A stretch of 64,000 bases of DNA from Vicugna vicugna (taxonomy: Eukaryota), in assembly GCA_013265495.1 (NCBI GenBank), contig MU058463.1:1635523-1699522 (forward strand), read 5' to 3'. Both the position numbers and the translations under genes were made by a program. The notes beneath the pieces are model-generated. The model saw nothing but the letters and a program-made list of their open reading frames with translations, ran no database searches and was not told the origin of the DNA. Positions 50,031 through 64,000 of the stretch are shown one piece after another (position 1 is the stretch's first letter; each line of letters opens with the position of its first letter).

Positions 50031-50365
50031 TTTTTAAATTGAATTATAGTTGATTTATAATATTGTGTTAATTTCAGGTACACAGCGAAGTGATTTAGTT
50101 ATATATACATTTTTTTCAGATTATTTTCTATTATAGGTTATTACAAGATACTGAATGTTGTTCCCTGTGCTACAGAGTAAATCTTTGTTGATAATCTATT
50201 TTGTATATAGTAGTCTGTGTCTGTTAATCCTATACTCCTAATTTATCCCTCCCCTCTTCCCCTTTGGTAATTATAAGTTTATTTTCTATGTCTGTTTCTG
50301 TTTTGTAAATAAGTTCACCTGTATTATTTTTTAGATCCCACAAGGAAGTGATATCATATATTCCT
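50031..50365 (-). mobile_element. L1 3'-end fragment
   Basis: TTGAATTATAGTTGATTTA..TTCCCTGTGCTA..AATAAGTTCA, the same family as the 41.9 kb and 55.5 kb copies. Confidence 0.85.
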
Positions 50366-52210
50366 CTGCAGAGAAAACTCTTAAGTGTATTTTGCACGGT
50401 GATATTTTTTTCCTTCTGGAATCTTCAAACACGAGCACCAAATTATTATTTAAAATGAGGCTATTCCAAACTATCTTCTTATCTGAGGTCTAATACAATT
50501 TTTTTGTTCTTATAATTATCATCATCATTTCTACTATTCCTTCGAATCAGTGGTTATAATAGATCTCATCCAGTACTTCTCAGCAATTCTAATCCTATAA
50601 AATAATGAAAGATTACAAATACCTTCATATTTTTTGATATAAAAATACTTACTTTAAAATTGTGTAAAACTAGTTATTCCATATAAAGTATGTCCATTTT
50701 ATTGAATAAGAATATAATAAAATACATGCTACAAAAATTCTAGTCCAAATGGTTTAATCTAAAAAAAATACTTAAAGAGAAAGGCATAAAAATACATTTT
50801 CTATCCTCTGCTGTGTTGTGTTTTAATGAACCAGAATTGAGAAAGTAGTTGAACAATATAGAAGTTCTCTCACGGACCATGAATTTAAGAACAATTTATA
50901 TCACGATTTACTCAAAATGTACCATTCAATTCTCTGCTTAGTTAACATTTGGAAACATACGATTTTATTTTAATTGATTTTTCCTAATCCTAATAACTAT
51001 AGAATGTAATTATTTTATAATTATTCTAAACAGACTAATTTAAAAATGGAAAAAAGTTGTGAATTTAAAAAACGGAAACACTAATTTTCATATTCTATTT
51101 GAATCTGATAGAATTTTATCCAAATAAATGTTGCCCAAGGAATGTACTAGAGTTATAATTGTGAACCTCCCAAATTCTAGATCGGTTACTACTGCAGCTT
51201 TCTTTTCTACCCCAGAGCAAATGACAAGATGCTGACTTACTGAGTGTGGCAGATCTCTATTTTTATTGTTTTAATTTGTTGTCTGCCTCATATATCATTA
51301 AGCTCTAGGATTCACATCTGCAAGTGCATTTACCAAAGTGGGAAGACAAAGAATCTACTTAAACTTTCCCAGTTCAATAGATTTGCAGGTACATTCACAT
51401 ACATATGATCATCTGCTGTCCCACTATACCCGCCTCCTCCCCCTCAAAAGAATCTCCTTTCCTAAGACTCTGAGTTTATATTTTTAAAAGGAAAGTTCTT
51501 ATACATACATTGACGGGAGAGGTGAGGCAAGGATTTGACTTAAAACACGAAACCCTCTCTTACTTACCTGCCTAAATCCTTGGAACCAAGCCTAAAGTTT
51601 AAGCAGTAATTTAAACAGGAAATAAATTCTGCTAATGGCTATTAGATTGCTAGCCGAAGAGATTAGTACAGGGAGTCATTCTAATTAGAGAGAGAACACT
51701 GAAGAGAGTTGAAACGTTTCAAGAGCAGATTTTGTCTCCTATGCCTCATTAGGAATATAAAAGCAGTTTCTGTTGTGAGGACAACCTTTCAAAAGACTGC
51801 TCTTTGGTCGTAAAGAGGTTGTATAACCTTCATTTTCAAATTTTGCATTCTTTTTTCAGTAGCGAAGAGTACTTATTGCCCAAGTCCAATGGCAATCATG
51901 CTAAGTCACCATGTTCTATTTTAAGTTAACAATAATTTATCTCCCATTTAGACACATAAAAAGGCTGGCTGACTTCAGCCACTGTAGCAGAAGGGAGGAC
52001 TTCACAGCTTCTGGCCTCCCAGGGGGTCTTAGATAGGCCTTGGAGGAGTGGGTGTCGACTGACCCACCTTTTTCACCTCGCCTGCCTTCTGGACCCAGAC
52101 CTCACACATCCTTTAGCTCACTAGGTATAATTCATAGACAGGCTAGACAAGAAAATGATGGTGAATCACCACGTAATAGATTTTGTCTGCCTGCTAGTCT
52201 TATCAATTAG

Positions 52211-52656
52211 TGAAATAAAATTCATATTTTATGGCAAGGCAACATAAATTTAAACATAAAAGAATTCTTTTCTGCCCTTTGGCCTCCTCTTTCCCCACAC
52301 TGTGCCTTGTGTAACTGCATTACGCATCGACCAAACCTCCCGCACCGCATCGGCCGGAATAATGCAGGTTCTGCTCAACCTAGCACCAACAGGACAACTC
52401 CTTAAAAGATAATGTTTCTTGATTTCATAAGCGGTCATTTGGTGCTTAGATCTGGATTATGTAAACTGTCAATAATACCTCATTTAACGGACAGCCCTGT
52501 GTCTCAAAAAATTTATGTAACTGCACCTTACTTTCTAACAGGTGGAACAGTTCTCAGAGCTTTCTGAGATGCTCTCCTGGGTTATAATCCTCAAATTTGG
52601 CTCGAATATAATTTTCCATTTCTTTCTTAGATCGATTGATTAATTTTTCATCAACA
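52211..52656 (+). mobile_element. ERV1-like solo LTR (TG...CA)
   Basis: Ends GGAACAGTTCTCAGAGCTTTCTGAGA..GGGTTATAATCCTCAAATTTGGCTCGAATA..TTTCATCAACA, like artiodactyl ERV1 LTRs; several CpGs retained. Start approximate. Confidence 0.65.
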
Positions 52657-53649
52657 AATTCAAAGTTTAATTGCATAATTCATTAACTTAAAAAAAGGGT
52701 GACAGTTTTGTGGTAAGCAAAAGCCCATGAATGTCTGTAAAAGAAAATCTTGTACTTTTATTGGTTTTGTCCTTTTTTTTACTAATGTCAGTGAGTTAGC
52801 ACTAGTCCTACAGTCTTTGCCTTCACTCTGACTCATGTTTGTTCTGCAGGTGTTAAAACCATGAAAGCATTTAATACAGTAGAGACAGTAGTTTATTTAT
52901 TTTTTATTGTCGTATAATTATGACAGTTTTAAGAAAAAAGCTTAGACATTGAAAGCGAAGAAAATCAGTTTCAAATTTTGGAAATAAACTAGAGGAATCT
53001 CTCTGAGAGTGGAAAGTATAGGAAAAACCACCAAGGCTCTCACTGCTCTGAGCATGAGGGAAAAAAACCTACCAGGTATCTCGGGCAGAAGGAAGGGCCA
53101 GATGCCTAGTTCCATCTCCCTCTTTCCTTCGCTCAGTTACCCTGGCTCCTGTCTCTTCACGTGGAACCAGAACAAATTGCACTGCCGTGTTGTCAGACAT
53201 TATGCCAACGTCATCCATGCAGGCTGATCCTTTGCTTGGAACATACGTGCTAGTAGGGAGCACACTTATAACTAAGACTCTATGAGTCATTTTATTTATT
53301 AGTTTATTTGCTTATTTTACTAAGGGAGTAATTGCCTACAAAAATAAATAATCCAATTTATTTATTTATTCTACTTACTCATTGGCGCAGGGTCTCAGAA
53401 AGAACATGAGCTTTGGAGTTTGTAATATCCTAATTGGATTCCTGCTCTGCCAGAAGAAAACTGTGTGAACTTGGGTGAGTGGATTAACCTCTCTGAGTCC
53501 CTTCAACCTTATTGAAGGGAAAAGGAATACTTATCTCTCCAATTTTATAAAAATTTACGATAAAGTATGTGCTTGTCCACATATCTGGCTCATGGAGGGT
53601 GGTTCATAAGTGTTAGTTCCTTATTTAAAAATATTGTTTGATTCCATTT

Positions 53650-53845
53650 TATTTATTTGTTTGTTTTGTTTATTATTGAACTATAGTTGATTTACATTTC
53701 AGGTGTACAACAAAGTTATTCAGTTATATATATGTGTATATATATGTATATATAGATTCTTTTTTCAGATTCTTTTCCATTATAGGTTATCATGAGATAT
53801 TGAATATAGTTCCCTGTGCTATACAGTGGGTCCTTGTTGTTGCTC
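53650..53845 (-). mobile_element. L1 3'-end fragment
   Basis: TATAGTTGATTTACA..GATATTGAATATAGTTCCCTGTGCTATACAG. Confidence 0.8.
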
Positions 53846-54752
53846 TGTTTTACACAGTGTTAGTTCTTTTCTGTCTCCAATTCTCTTTACATCTCCCCAT
53901 CACAGCAGTCTCTGATCTCTCCTGACACCCATAGTTCTGGTGTTTTAGCTTTAGTTTTGTGATTACAACACACTGGGTGAACAGTTGTCTTTTAATTCTT
54001 TCTACTAGAGTGCCTGTCTCATCCTGCTCTTGAGGAAGGATTGCAGTGGAAGTCAATTTCCTATTTGAGGAATTGCACAGCTTCTCTCGGGGTGACCAGC
54101 ATTTCCCTGAACTGCTCAGGGTCGGGGAGGCAGCCCTCCTAAACTCTGGTGGACCTCAGGATGCTGGTTTCACGATGCTAGGATGCTGACGTTATCTGAG
54201 GCGTAATCAGGTGGTAAAGGCTCTCCAAGCTTAAGCAACCCTAATGTCCTGGATGGTCTCAACAAAATTGAATGATGGGAGCCCTTCACTTCACTTGTTC
54301 CTTAGAGAACAAACTCAGCCTTTCTGATAGCATGTCCTCCTGCACCGGAGGACAGGACTTTGCCTTGGATGGTCAAGAGGAGTGTCGGGGATCTAGTACA
54401 ATCAGACCTGCCAAGCATGCAAAGCAATGGCATCACAGGATCCTAAGCCACTGGTGGGAATATATTCACGCCACAGCCAACCCCAAATGAAGCTACAAAT
54501 AACTCCACCAGCTTTCACTGTTTCTTTACACTCTCCCACATACTTTGTTTCTGCTGCCATTAGTGCAGTCTACAGAAATAACATGGGCAAAGGGAGTAAC
54601 TAGATAATACTTCCTAGAGTGCGTCCTATCCTAAGGTCTTTACATTGCTCATATCATCCCAGATTTGCTCCTCTCTCTCTCTTTCTCCCTGTCTCTCCCT
54701 CCTATAGGAACTTGAAGCTTGTGAGTATAAATTGCTGATTGGAACACAATGA

Positions 54753-54852
54753 TATGACTGAACTGTTGTGCTGTACACCAGAAATTGACACAACATTGTA
54801 AACTGACTATACTTCAATATAAACATATATATATAAATGGAAAAAAAAAAGA
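54753..54852 (+). mobile_element. ~100-bp L1 tail insertion
   Basis: TSD AACACAATGA at 54743-54752 and 54853-54862; A-tail present. Confidence 0.85.
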
Positions 54853-54862
54853 AACACAATGA

Positions 54863-55490
54863 GGGGTTCAGATCAAGATGGCAGAGTAAGGGGATGTGGA
54901 GCTTACCTTCCCCCATGAACATATCAAAAATACATCTACATAAGAACAATTCTCACTGAAAACTAACTGGAAACTAGCAGAAGGACTCCTGTACAACCAA
55001 GGCTATAACAAAGATACACATGTAATTGGGTGGGAAAGGAAGAAAAACGATTAGGTTGGGACCTGTGCCCCGGGAAGGGACTCAGAGGAAGAGGGAGATT
55101 ACATGGGCAGACACCTGCCCGGGGAATGAGTAGTTTGAGAAACAGGTTGAGTGTCCCAGTCCTGGGGTCCTATATGGGGGAGAAGAGCCCCCTTGGCTGG
55201 TTGGAGGACCACTGAGACTAACAGGAGGGCTGAGGGAAGCCTGGGCTCTGCTCATGAGGAGTGCACCGGCCAGCCCCCAAGGCAGGGAGGAGAGACGTCT
55301 GCTCTAGTGGCTGCATGGGGCGCAGAGGTGACCTGGTCCTGGAGAGGATCCTGGGGTGGGTGATGACAACCACTGTTGGCACTTACTCAGACAGTGCCCC
55401 AGAAGCAGCCCAGATCTCTGATGGTAGCCGTTCCACCACAGCTCACCTCCCAATACACTCTGAGAATCCACGTGGGCCCTTCTTGCTCTG
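54863..55490 (+). mobile_element. L1 5'UTR-like fragment without ORFs
   Basis: Begins GGGGTTCAGATCAAGATGGCAGAGTA (L1 5'-end YY1 motif CAAGATGGC), then CCCCATGAACATATCAAAAATACATCTACA; GC-richer body. Confidence 0.7.
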
Positions 55491-55512
55491 CTGAATGATT
55501 CAGATTTTTAAA

Positions 55513-56513
55513 AATTGAAGTATAGTTGATTTTACAATGTTTTAGGTATATAGCAAAGTGATTCAGTTATAGATATACATATATATATATTCTTTTTCAG
55601 ATTCTTTTCCTTTATGGCTTACTACAAGATATTGAATATAGTTCCCTGTGCTATATAGTAGGTCCTCATTATTTATCTATTTTATGCATAGTAGTGTGTA
55701 TTTGTTAATCCCAAATTCCTAATTTATCTCTCCCTTTCTTTCCCCTTTGGTACCCGTAAATTTGTGTTTTATACCTGTGAGTCTAATTTTGTCTTGTAAA
55801 TAAGTTCATTTGTATCTTTTTTTAGATTCCACATATAAGTGATATCATATACTATTTGTCTTTCTCTTTCTGACTTCATATAGTATGATAATCTCTAGGT
55901 CCATGTTGCTGCAAATTGTCATTGTTTCATTTTGTGGCTGAGTAATATTCCATTGTATGTATATGACACATCTTCTTTATCCATTCATCTGTCAATGGAC
56001 ATTTAGGTTGCTACCATGTCTTGACTATTGTAAATAGTGCTGCTATGAACACTGGGGTGCATTTATCTTTTCGAATTAGTTTCCTCCAGATATATGCCCT
56101 GGAATTGGAATTGTCGGGTGATATGGTAAGTCTATTTGTAGCTTTTTAAGGAATCTCCACACTGTTTTCCATAGTGGTTGCATCTGTTTACATTCCCACT
56201 AACAGTGCAGGAGGGTTCCCTTTTCTCCACACCGTCTCCAGCATTTATTACATGTAGAATTTTGATGATGGCCATTCTGATCAGTGTGAGGTGATATCTC
56301 ATTATAGTTTTGACTTGCATTTCTCTAATAATTAGTGATGTTGAGCATCTTTTCATGTGCCTGTTGGCCATGTGTACGTCTTCTTTGGAGAAATGTCTAT
56401 TTAGGTCTTCTGCTAATTTTTGATTGGGTTTGTTTTTTCGATATTGAACTGTATGAACTGTTTGTATATTTTGGAAATTAATCCTTTGTTGCTCACATTG
56501 TTCTCAAATAGAA
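55513..56513 (-). mobile_element. 5'-truncated L1 (~1 kb)
   Basis: ORF2p fragment [19 protein letters not shown]..; TSD TCAGATTTTTAAA at 55500-55512 and 56514-56526. Confidence 0.93.
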
Positions 56514-57050
56514 TCAGATTTTTAAATCACTGTATCATAAAACTTTCAGTTAATTTTAAAATTAAATACATTCTGTGATGGTGGCTTAATTATTTGTAGT
56601 GAGAACAAATTTATTTTTGTACTCATGATAATAAAGAATTATTTTAAAACATTCATTATTCAATTTTATCATATCATTTTTAATTTTAATTTTTGCTATA
56701 TTTTATTATAGACATGATATATTATTATAGTAATACTTGTATATTTATAAATTATGACATAGTACACTGTAAACTTTCACTGATGGGTTCATGAACAAAT
56801 ATGTTTGGCTATCACTGAGAGAAAAATTTAGAATGTGACTTGGAGGAGGCCTTTTTTATTATTCATGGGACTTTGGGAAAATTTCTTAGGTTTCTTACCT
56901 GTACAATGGGAATAATAATAGTACCTAATATATATGATTTTTATGAGGATTAAATGTGTGTACATGTGTATATGTGTGTGTATGTGTATTTTTAAAAAGT
57001 GAATGTTATTGACATGCTAGATATTCATTCATTCATTCATGTTATTACTG

Positions 57051-57313
57051 CAGCATTTCCCAAACTTTATTCCAAAATATTTTTTCTAGAAAAGTATCTG
57101 TATAAATGTGAGCAATGCTGCATACTCATCTTTTCTTGGAGATTTGCAAAACACATTACTGTGTTAATAGTCCTGAGGCTTCCTCAAGTAAAGGAATCTG
57201 TTTAATTTTAACTCGTCAACTTCTCAGGTGTATTTGACCCCAGAAGCCTTTTTAAAAAATTTTTTAAAAGGAACACACGTGAATGTATCTCAAAACAAGG
57301 TTTGAGAAAACTG
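57051..57313. mobile_element. hAT-Charlie-type MITE
   Basis: Termini CAGCATTTCCCAAAC ... GTTTGAGAAAACTG form imperfect inverted repeats. Confidence 0.5.
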
Positions 57314-60300
57314 CCCTTCTGATTATTTATGTCTTGTCTTAATACTGTTCTGCTGTCTGTATATCATGAATGTTAAACGTCAAGTTGGTTGATACAAACC
57401 CTCAGTGTCTTGGTCCATGTCCAGAGAAAACATACCCTTAAATTCTGATTCTAATCATAGCATCTCCTTGTATTTCAGTGTTTCCCAGAAATCAAAAAGA
57501 AACCAGGACAACTCACTCACATCATCATAACACAGTGGCTATGTCAATTTCAAAAAAAAAAGAAAAGAATAAAGAAAACAAACTACTTCTACTAATAGTA
57601 CAGTAGCTTCACTAGGGAGGGGAAGGGATTCTAATCTCACTCAAATTCTTAGGCTAAGATACATGAACTTGAATATCCCTTGACCTTCTGTTATAGAGCA
57701 TAAATCAGATATGAATAGTGCTGAGGACAAATTTAGAAACAAGCTTTCCAGGGAGAGTTTGCAAAGCCCAGGACAGGGCTGTTAACTTTCTCAGAAGAAT
57801 GACTTTCCATTTCCGTCTCTAGTGTTTAAAGTTAGAGTCAGCCCAGCAGAATCCCTGCTCCCCTTCCCTCGTGGGAAAGTCGCATTTCCTTCCAATCTCC
57901 TATAAAAACTTTTCTAAACAACTGTCGACATCAGCTAGCAAAACTTCTAAACCTTCCTGCAAATAGCAAAGGACATGGAGAGGCTTTTGAACATTCTTAT
58001 TTAAAATGTCACTGGAATCTTTCCCATTTCTTTTCGTTTTTTTTTTTTTTATGTATGTGTGTTTGCTTTTTCAGTAATACCATTCCTATATTCCCCTGGA
58101 AATTCACAATCAAAAGCATTTCAATATTAGTTTCTGAAAAAAACATTTGTAATATATGAAATGGAAAGCAGAATATAATGGAAGAATCTCTTTAAACTGC
58201 TTTAAGAAAACTTAATAGCCTTGAACAAACAGAATTATTTCCAAAAATAACAATTCTTAGAGCATTTTTCTCCTTTTCTTCAAAATAAAGCAAAAAATGT
58301 GCTTCATAAATTACTGAAATACGTAAATAAAGAAAGCTACGTAACTTTCTGGATCAGGAAAAAAATCTCTTTAAAATTTATCTACTTGTAAGAACAAATA
58401 TATCATATCTGAATTAAAAATAATTATAAAGTCACAAATAATTTATTCTTCAGAGTGGCAAACTTTTGAACAATTTCCAAATTTTTAATACTGTAAATAA
58501 TACGTAACTTAAGATTCTGTTCTTTAAGTTACAGGGATAATGAAAAATATCTTTCTTCTGAGATGCTGTCATAACTAGTTTATAAATTTGCTTAAGTTAA
58601 AAGCCAGATATTTCATAATTAGATGATTAATGAGTTTGTTTCTTTAGTTCATGGGTCAGATAGGGGTCTGAGTTAAAGATTTCCTAGGGTTTATATAAAA
58701 GAAACATTCATTCACATCCCTTTCTGCCTAAGAAAGCCCAAGACATCCCTCTGGTTCCCTAACACAGCGGTCATTTGGAGATCTGCCCTGGAAAAGGTCA
58801 GCGCCTCCGACTTCCCACGGAGAGGCTTCTTCGAGCTTTCCTCCTGAAACTCCGAACTGATCACGTAACTCTCCTGCTCAGAACCCTTCCATACCAATAC
58901 ATATCCTCTACAAGTTGACCCCTTCATCCACCCAGCTCCACCAACCACTGCCCAATTTCTCTCCTTCCCAACCCGACTTCCCAAGCACCCTCTAACTTCC
59001 TGAAATGACATTCACAAGCTATTATTCAAACTGTTTTCTCAGTCTGGAATTCCCACCTTCTACTACTCTCTCCGTCTGCACCTTTATGTCCCACTGTGAC
59101 TCCCACCTCCTCCAAGATGCCTTTCCTGATGTCCTCAGTCAGAATTAAACCCTGCCATCCTTAAGCTCTCACATCTGTTCTGACCACTGATAGACTGCGG
59201 ATTTTTCCAGGATTCTAGCCTGTTTTTTAAATCTCACCTCACTACAGATTCCCGCCTTCCATCAGGTCATCTGCTCCCATGGCATTAGCTATTATTGAAA
59301 TGAAACTGATTCCAAAATGTTTATTTTTCAGTTCCAGACACTTCTCTGAGCATCCCGCTTAAACCTGCTCATTGACCTGCATGCCTATCCATGTGCTGGA
59401 TGATATTATCATCATTTGCCTAGTCATTTGGGCTCTATTCCCTAATTACATTACATTTTCATATATAACAAATTTTTTTCCAGAAGCTAATATTGAAATG
59501 CTTTTGACTCATGTCTCTTATCCTTATCCTTCACATCCAAGGGGTGTCCAAGTCTGGTCAATTTAATCTTGCAAATGGCTCCATCTCTTGCTCTTCATCC
59601 CCAAGGTCAGTGCTCTACGCTGACTCTGTTCATTTCTTTCCTAGACCGTTGCTCTAGGCTCCTGGCTTGCTTTCTCTTTCTAGTTATCCTGTGACTGTTT
59701 TGCCTTTCCTTTATAGCTAGTATTATCTTTCTAAAACAACAATATGAACAACATTAAGAATGTCATTTCCAAAGTCACACAGATTTTGAGACCTGGATTT
59801 GCAACTGAATGTATGACCTTGGGAGATACATTGTCTCTTTGAGCTTCAGTTTCTTTGAGGGATGATGGAATAAAAAACAGTATCTACCTCAGAGAATTTT
59901 TGTGATAACTGAACAGTATAATGCAAATAAAGCTTTCAGGACAAAATTCATTCTACAAAAATTTTCTATCAAAAAGCTTCAAATAGGAGCTCCTATTATA
60001 TTATTGTCATCATCATCATCCTCACCATCACATTGACTAAACTCCTCAGTGTTGAAAGAGTGAATTATTAATCATCATTAAATAAAAATGGCCTTTATTA
60101 AATAAATAAACTCTAATGAAAAGCAGGTTGATTGCAAATCAATGCCCACAATTTGGAACATTTGCTCTCAGGGTTCCTAGTTGAAATCACCCTTCATTCC
60201 TTTGCTCATAGTATTTGTTATTAGGTCTCTCCCATCAGGCAGCCACACAAGCATCTTTCAGCTGTCCTGGAGGAGAGCTGCTCCTTCAGTCCCCAAAGTA

Positions 60301-61079
60301 AATTCAATATATGTCGATAGCTTTACTTTTCAGGGTTCATCAATCCCAATGAAGATTCCAAATTTAATGAAATAAATCCAACTCTTTTGCTATGATGATG
60401 TAAAGGGGACTCAGAGGATTTAATGTATATTAAATACTCTATATCTTTAAAAATTGAAGTTTTTTATTACCCTACCCAAAAATTTGACACTTCTTGATCT
60501 GGTTTCAATGTACATTTGCAGGTTTATTTCTCTCCACTACTTCAATTCCCCGACCCAATGCAAACACACTTCTGCATGTTAGCTATACTTACAAGATCGT
60601 ATGTTTTCTTAACTTAATGTCTTTCCTGGTGGGTCTTATGGGCCTAAAAGCCTCTCCTCTTGTTCTGCTTAGTAACACATGGTCTTCTCCTAGGTCCAGC
60701 CTAAATATTAATCCTACAAGAAAACCATTCCCATGATTGATTTCCCTACCCATTTCATTCATCATGTAGATGAAGAGATCACATCACAGTGTGGTCAACT
60801 TTATCTATCTGGGCCTGTTGGTTGGATTGTTAGCTTTGCTAGGATCACTAGTCTTTGTACAAATAATGTCTGGTACAGCACCTGCTATACAGAGACAGAC
60901 TGAATCTTTGTTACATAGAATGATACTAGAATAAAGTTTAGTACCTCTTTTATAAACTGACTTTTCTTGGAGCTACTTCCAAACAAGTTGTCCCAACTAG
61001 ATTGTCTACTGGATGGCAAAGACCATGTCTCATTCTTCTTTATATTTCTCAGAGGGCCTTTTCTAGCATTTTGAACATA

Positions 61080-61601
61080 GTAGAGGCATAAACTGACAAA
61101 AGATTAACTCAAGAAAAGGTATAAATTTTATTTGATATTAATATTTTTAGTTAGTACAGGCACAGAGATTTTCATAGAAAAGAAGTGAAGACAGACTCAA
61201 AGAAGCAGTTAGGCCTAGGGGTTTGTATATCATTTAAACAAACTAATAAATTTAGGGAGAAGCGATGAGGCAAAGGAAAAGGGGCTTGAGCCTCTAGGGA
61301 TGATAAACTATGGGAAGGTAAATATGAGGGGAAAATTAATGGAAGAAAAGGGATATTTAAATAAGATTTGCTTGTACAGGACCATCAGTGCCTATTTCTT
61401 TCTCCAGTGATAATGTTGTGCTTTTTCTTTCTGGTACGAGAAAGGGAAGTGGGTAAACCTTCACAAAGGAGAATTTACATCCTGACATTAGGCAGATGGG
61501 GGAAGGCAGAGAGCCTTTTCTGTTTTATAATTGTCTTCAGCTTAAAATAAGTCTTCTGCCAAAATGACATAATTTAAGATGGCATATTCTGATCATCTTC
61601 A
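61080..61601 (-). mobile_element. ERV1 LTR, MER34-like
   Basis: Right end CTTCAGCTTAAAATAA..GCCAAA..GGCATATTCTGA..TTCA is the reverse complement of the MER34-type 5' end. Confidence 0.75.
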
Positions 61602-64000
61602 CATAACAAAGGTGACATTTCAGATGGAGAAGGGAGGGCAACAGCATTTCAAGTGAGGAGAACTGGGTGTATTGAGGCTAAGGGGTGGATCAAAGCCTGG
61701 GTTTAAGGAAAACCAGTAGTAATAAAGATGAAGAAGAAATGACTTTGGAAAGAAGCATTTACAGGACCTGGGGACTAACTGAATGTCCTCGACAAAGATA
61801 AAGTTAATAATGTAGTCCAGTTCTCCAGGTTAGATAATGACGCCAGTCATAAAGCTAGGGGACACAAGACGCCGATCGGATTTGCACGGAGAAGTTCATG
61901 CATTTTGTTTTTGACACGAGAGGTTTGAGATGTAGGTGGAACTTCCAAGTGGAGTCCAGGAACTCTTATGTACATTGGCTTAAGCTCCAGGACTGAGATG
62001 GAGCCTTCTGTGAGCTTGCTACCTACTGGGAAGGAGTTGGCGAAGAAGATGGGATGACAGCAGGGAGGCTCTTGTTCAAATCACTCTACTCTGGACTTCC
62101 CTAGGTTTTACTTCTTGTGTGTCTTCCATCAGATCCCTTCTCAGAACCCGGCTGAGCTTGACATTGATGTTATTAGACTAAGCTCCTCAACGCATCCTTC
62201 CTAAAGCCATCCTCCAGGTGAATAACCTAGCTACAATATAAGCAAGTTCTTCTTATTCCCTGAAGAAAGTGGCTTTGCATGGTTTGAGTAGTTCCCGGAT
62301 GCAGGTACTAAGCTAGGCTTCTTACAAACAGGATTCCATTTAATCCCCACAACCTGTTGTGAGGTAGATATTATCTTACACTTGTAGATAAGATACTAGC
62401 ATCCAAAGATGTCAAACTAAATGGCAGAGATTCCTCCATTCAAACTTTACCTCATTCTAAGGTTTGCATCTTTATCAACCAACTTCCATCCTATTGCCTC
62501 TTTATCCACCATGATTTACAGGGTTTCTTTTAAAATGTACAAACATAACCAAACAAACAAGGAATAAAAGAAGGGGGTTGAGAGGAGTGTCCCAATGTCA
62601 ATCTAAAAAGAAGGATAGTCCCATGGAGCTTTCGAGGAAAGTCCCTTGACAAAATGATAATTTTCAGAGAATGCCTTTCTTAGAACTACTTATCTGAAAT
62701 TAATGATCGTCTCCTAGACTTTATATGTGGATTTTACTGTTGGTAGATTTCAGAGCAGAAACTTACCAGCGTTACCTGTGTGTGAAATCAAAGATGATGA
62801 ATAAATACCTCTGTGTTATCTACGGGAAACTCAGGGGTCTGGCACGGTGGTATTCTTAAACTGCTACTTTTTCCGTAAGCACTAACATTGTAAACAGTAC
62901 TATTCAAGACCCCGAGAAAGAAAGACCATATTTGTTCTCAAAAAATTGTATGTATCTGGAGAAATAAGAGGAATAGGGGAATAAGGTGATGCACTGGCTT
63001 TAGTTAGGAGTGTCATAAAATAAAAGAAAACCAAAACCAACTTAAGAAAAGACTTGCTTAGTCATTGATCTCGTAATTGTTACAAAAAGCTGTGACAAGG
63101 CTCTGCCATTGATTACTAGGTAAGGTACAGCTAATTAAAAAAATAAGTTTCAAACTAACAGCCAAACTCACCTCCCAGGTCAAAATTCAGCCAAATATAA
63201 ATACAGTAAAACATGATTTGCATTGAGCTAAAGGTAGTGACCAAAAGAAGAAAAAAAAAAAAAAAAACAAGGAAAAGCACTAGTCAGCTAATGTGGACCT
63301 CTTTTTTTTTTCTAAATAAAAAGTCTACTAGTAAATTATTCAAAGTCCCAGACTCTCTACTGTATTTTTGTCAGACATAGGCCCCAGTGAAACCAATATC
63401 TAATTTTATCGTAATACTTTATAAAAGGAAACTCGATACCTTTTTTTTAACCCGGGAACTCTTGATTGCAAAGCTCTATTATTCGGCGATGGGTAGTCTC
63501 TAGAAGGCAAAGAGTTAAAGACGTCATTTTAAATGACAAAAGCTAAACACTTTACCCCACTTTCAGTCTCTCATCTATTCACCCTTCTCATTGTGAACGA
63601 TTTCAGCTTTCTAAGCTCTTCAACTACCTGCCCCTAATTTGTATTCCCAGGGAGAGGCAGGGCTGGTTATTTTGCATTTGTGTGCTAATGTTGACGAGCT
63701 TCCTCCTCTGGGGGAGGGGAGAGGAGGGAATCACAGGGCTGGAGTGGGGGCGGGAGTGAGGTGCTGGGTTTGCTCAGAGAGTCATGCTGAATTTCAACCT
63801 TGAATGCCTCTTACAGAGCTTCTAACAAAGCCCTCCTGGTTTTGAGAAACCCTGTTAAAACTCCTGTGTATACACACATTTGAACCAAATAGGTTAGCTA
63901 AAAGTAAAATGTGGATTTAAGGGAAATTATTTTGTTATTACAATAATAACTAAAGAGTAATAATGTGCAAGACCTTCAAAGCATATGAATGCCTCAGGAG

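Noticed and set aside
1..64000. CRISPR arrays, tRNA/rRNA genes, operon-like or novel multi-gene system
   Set aside because: No repeat-spacer periodicity, no RNA gene recognised, and only one supported coding gene; the window is ordinary mammalian DNA around SPRY2.

Overview
Mammalian genomic DNA, AT-rich and gene-poor, containing one protein-coding gene, SPRY2 (Sprouty RTK signalling antagonist 2), on the + strand. The gene has a CpG-island promoter (~29.9-33.0 kb), a non-coding exon 1 ending at 31261, an intron at 31262-34171, and a terminal exon carrying the full 315-aa CDS (34223-35170) plus a ~0.8 kb AU-rich 3'UTR. The rest is intergenic DNA with eutherian repeats (MIR, L2, MLT1/MLT2, MER21, MER34-like, Tigger, MER20/33/5A) and many short L1 3'-end insertions with clean target-site duplications. 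The L1 tail type and the absence of recognisable Alu/B1/SINEC/Bov-A/PRE-1 SINEs suggest a cetartiodactyl, probably a camelid (inference). I found no evidence of a new multi-gene system, and apart from L1 ORF2 relics the other ORFs in the track look spurious. The best leads are regulatory: Ala instead of Thr at residue 75 (the reported DYRK1A site), a one-base disruption of the apparent miR-21 8mer site, an out-of-frame uORF overlapping the start codon, a 3'UTR hairpin among PUM/miR-27/miR-23 sites, and a consensus promoter-proximal CTCF motif convergent with an upstream one. Repeat family names and human comparisons come from memory and need database confirmation.
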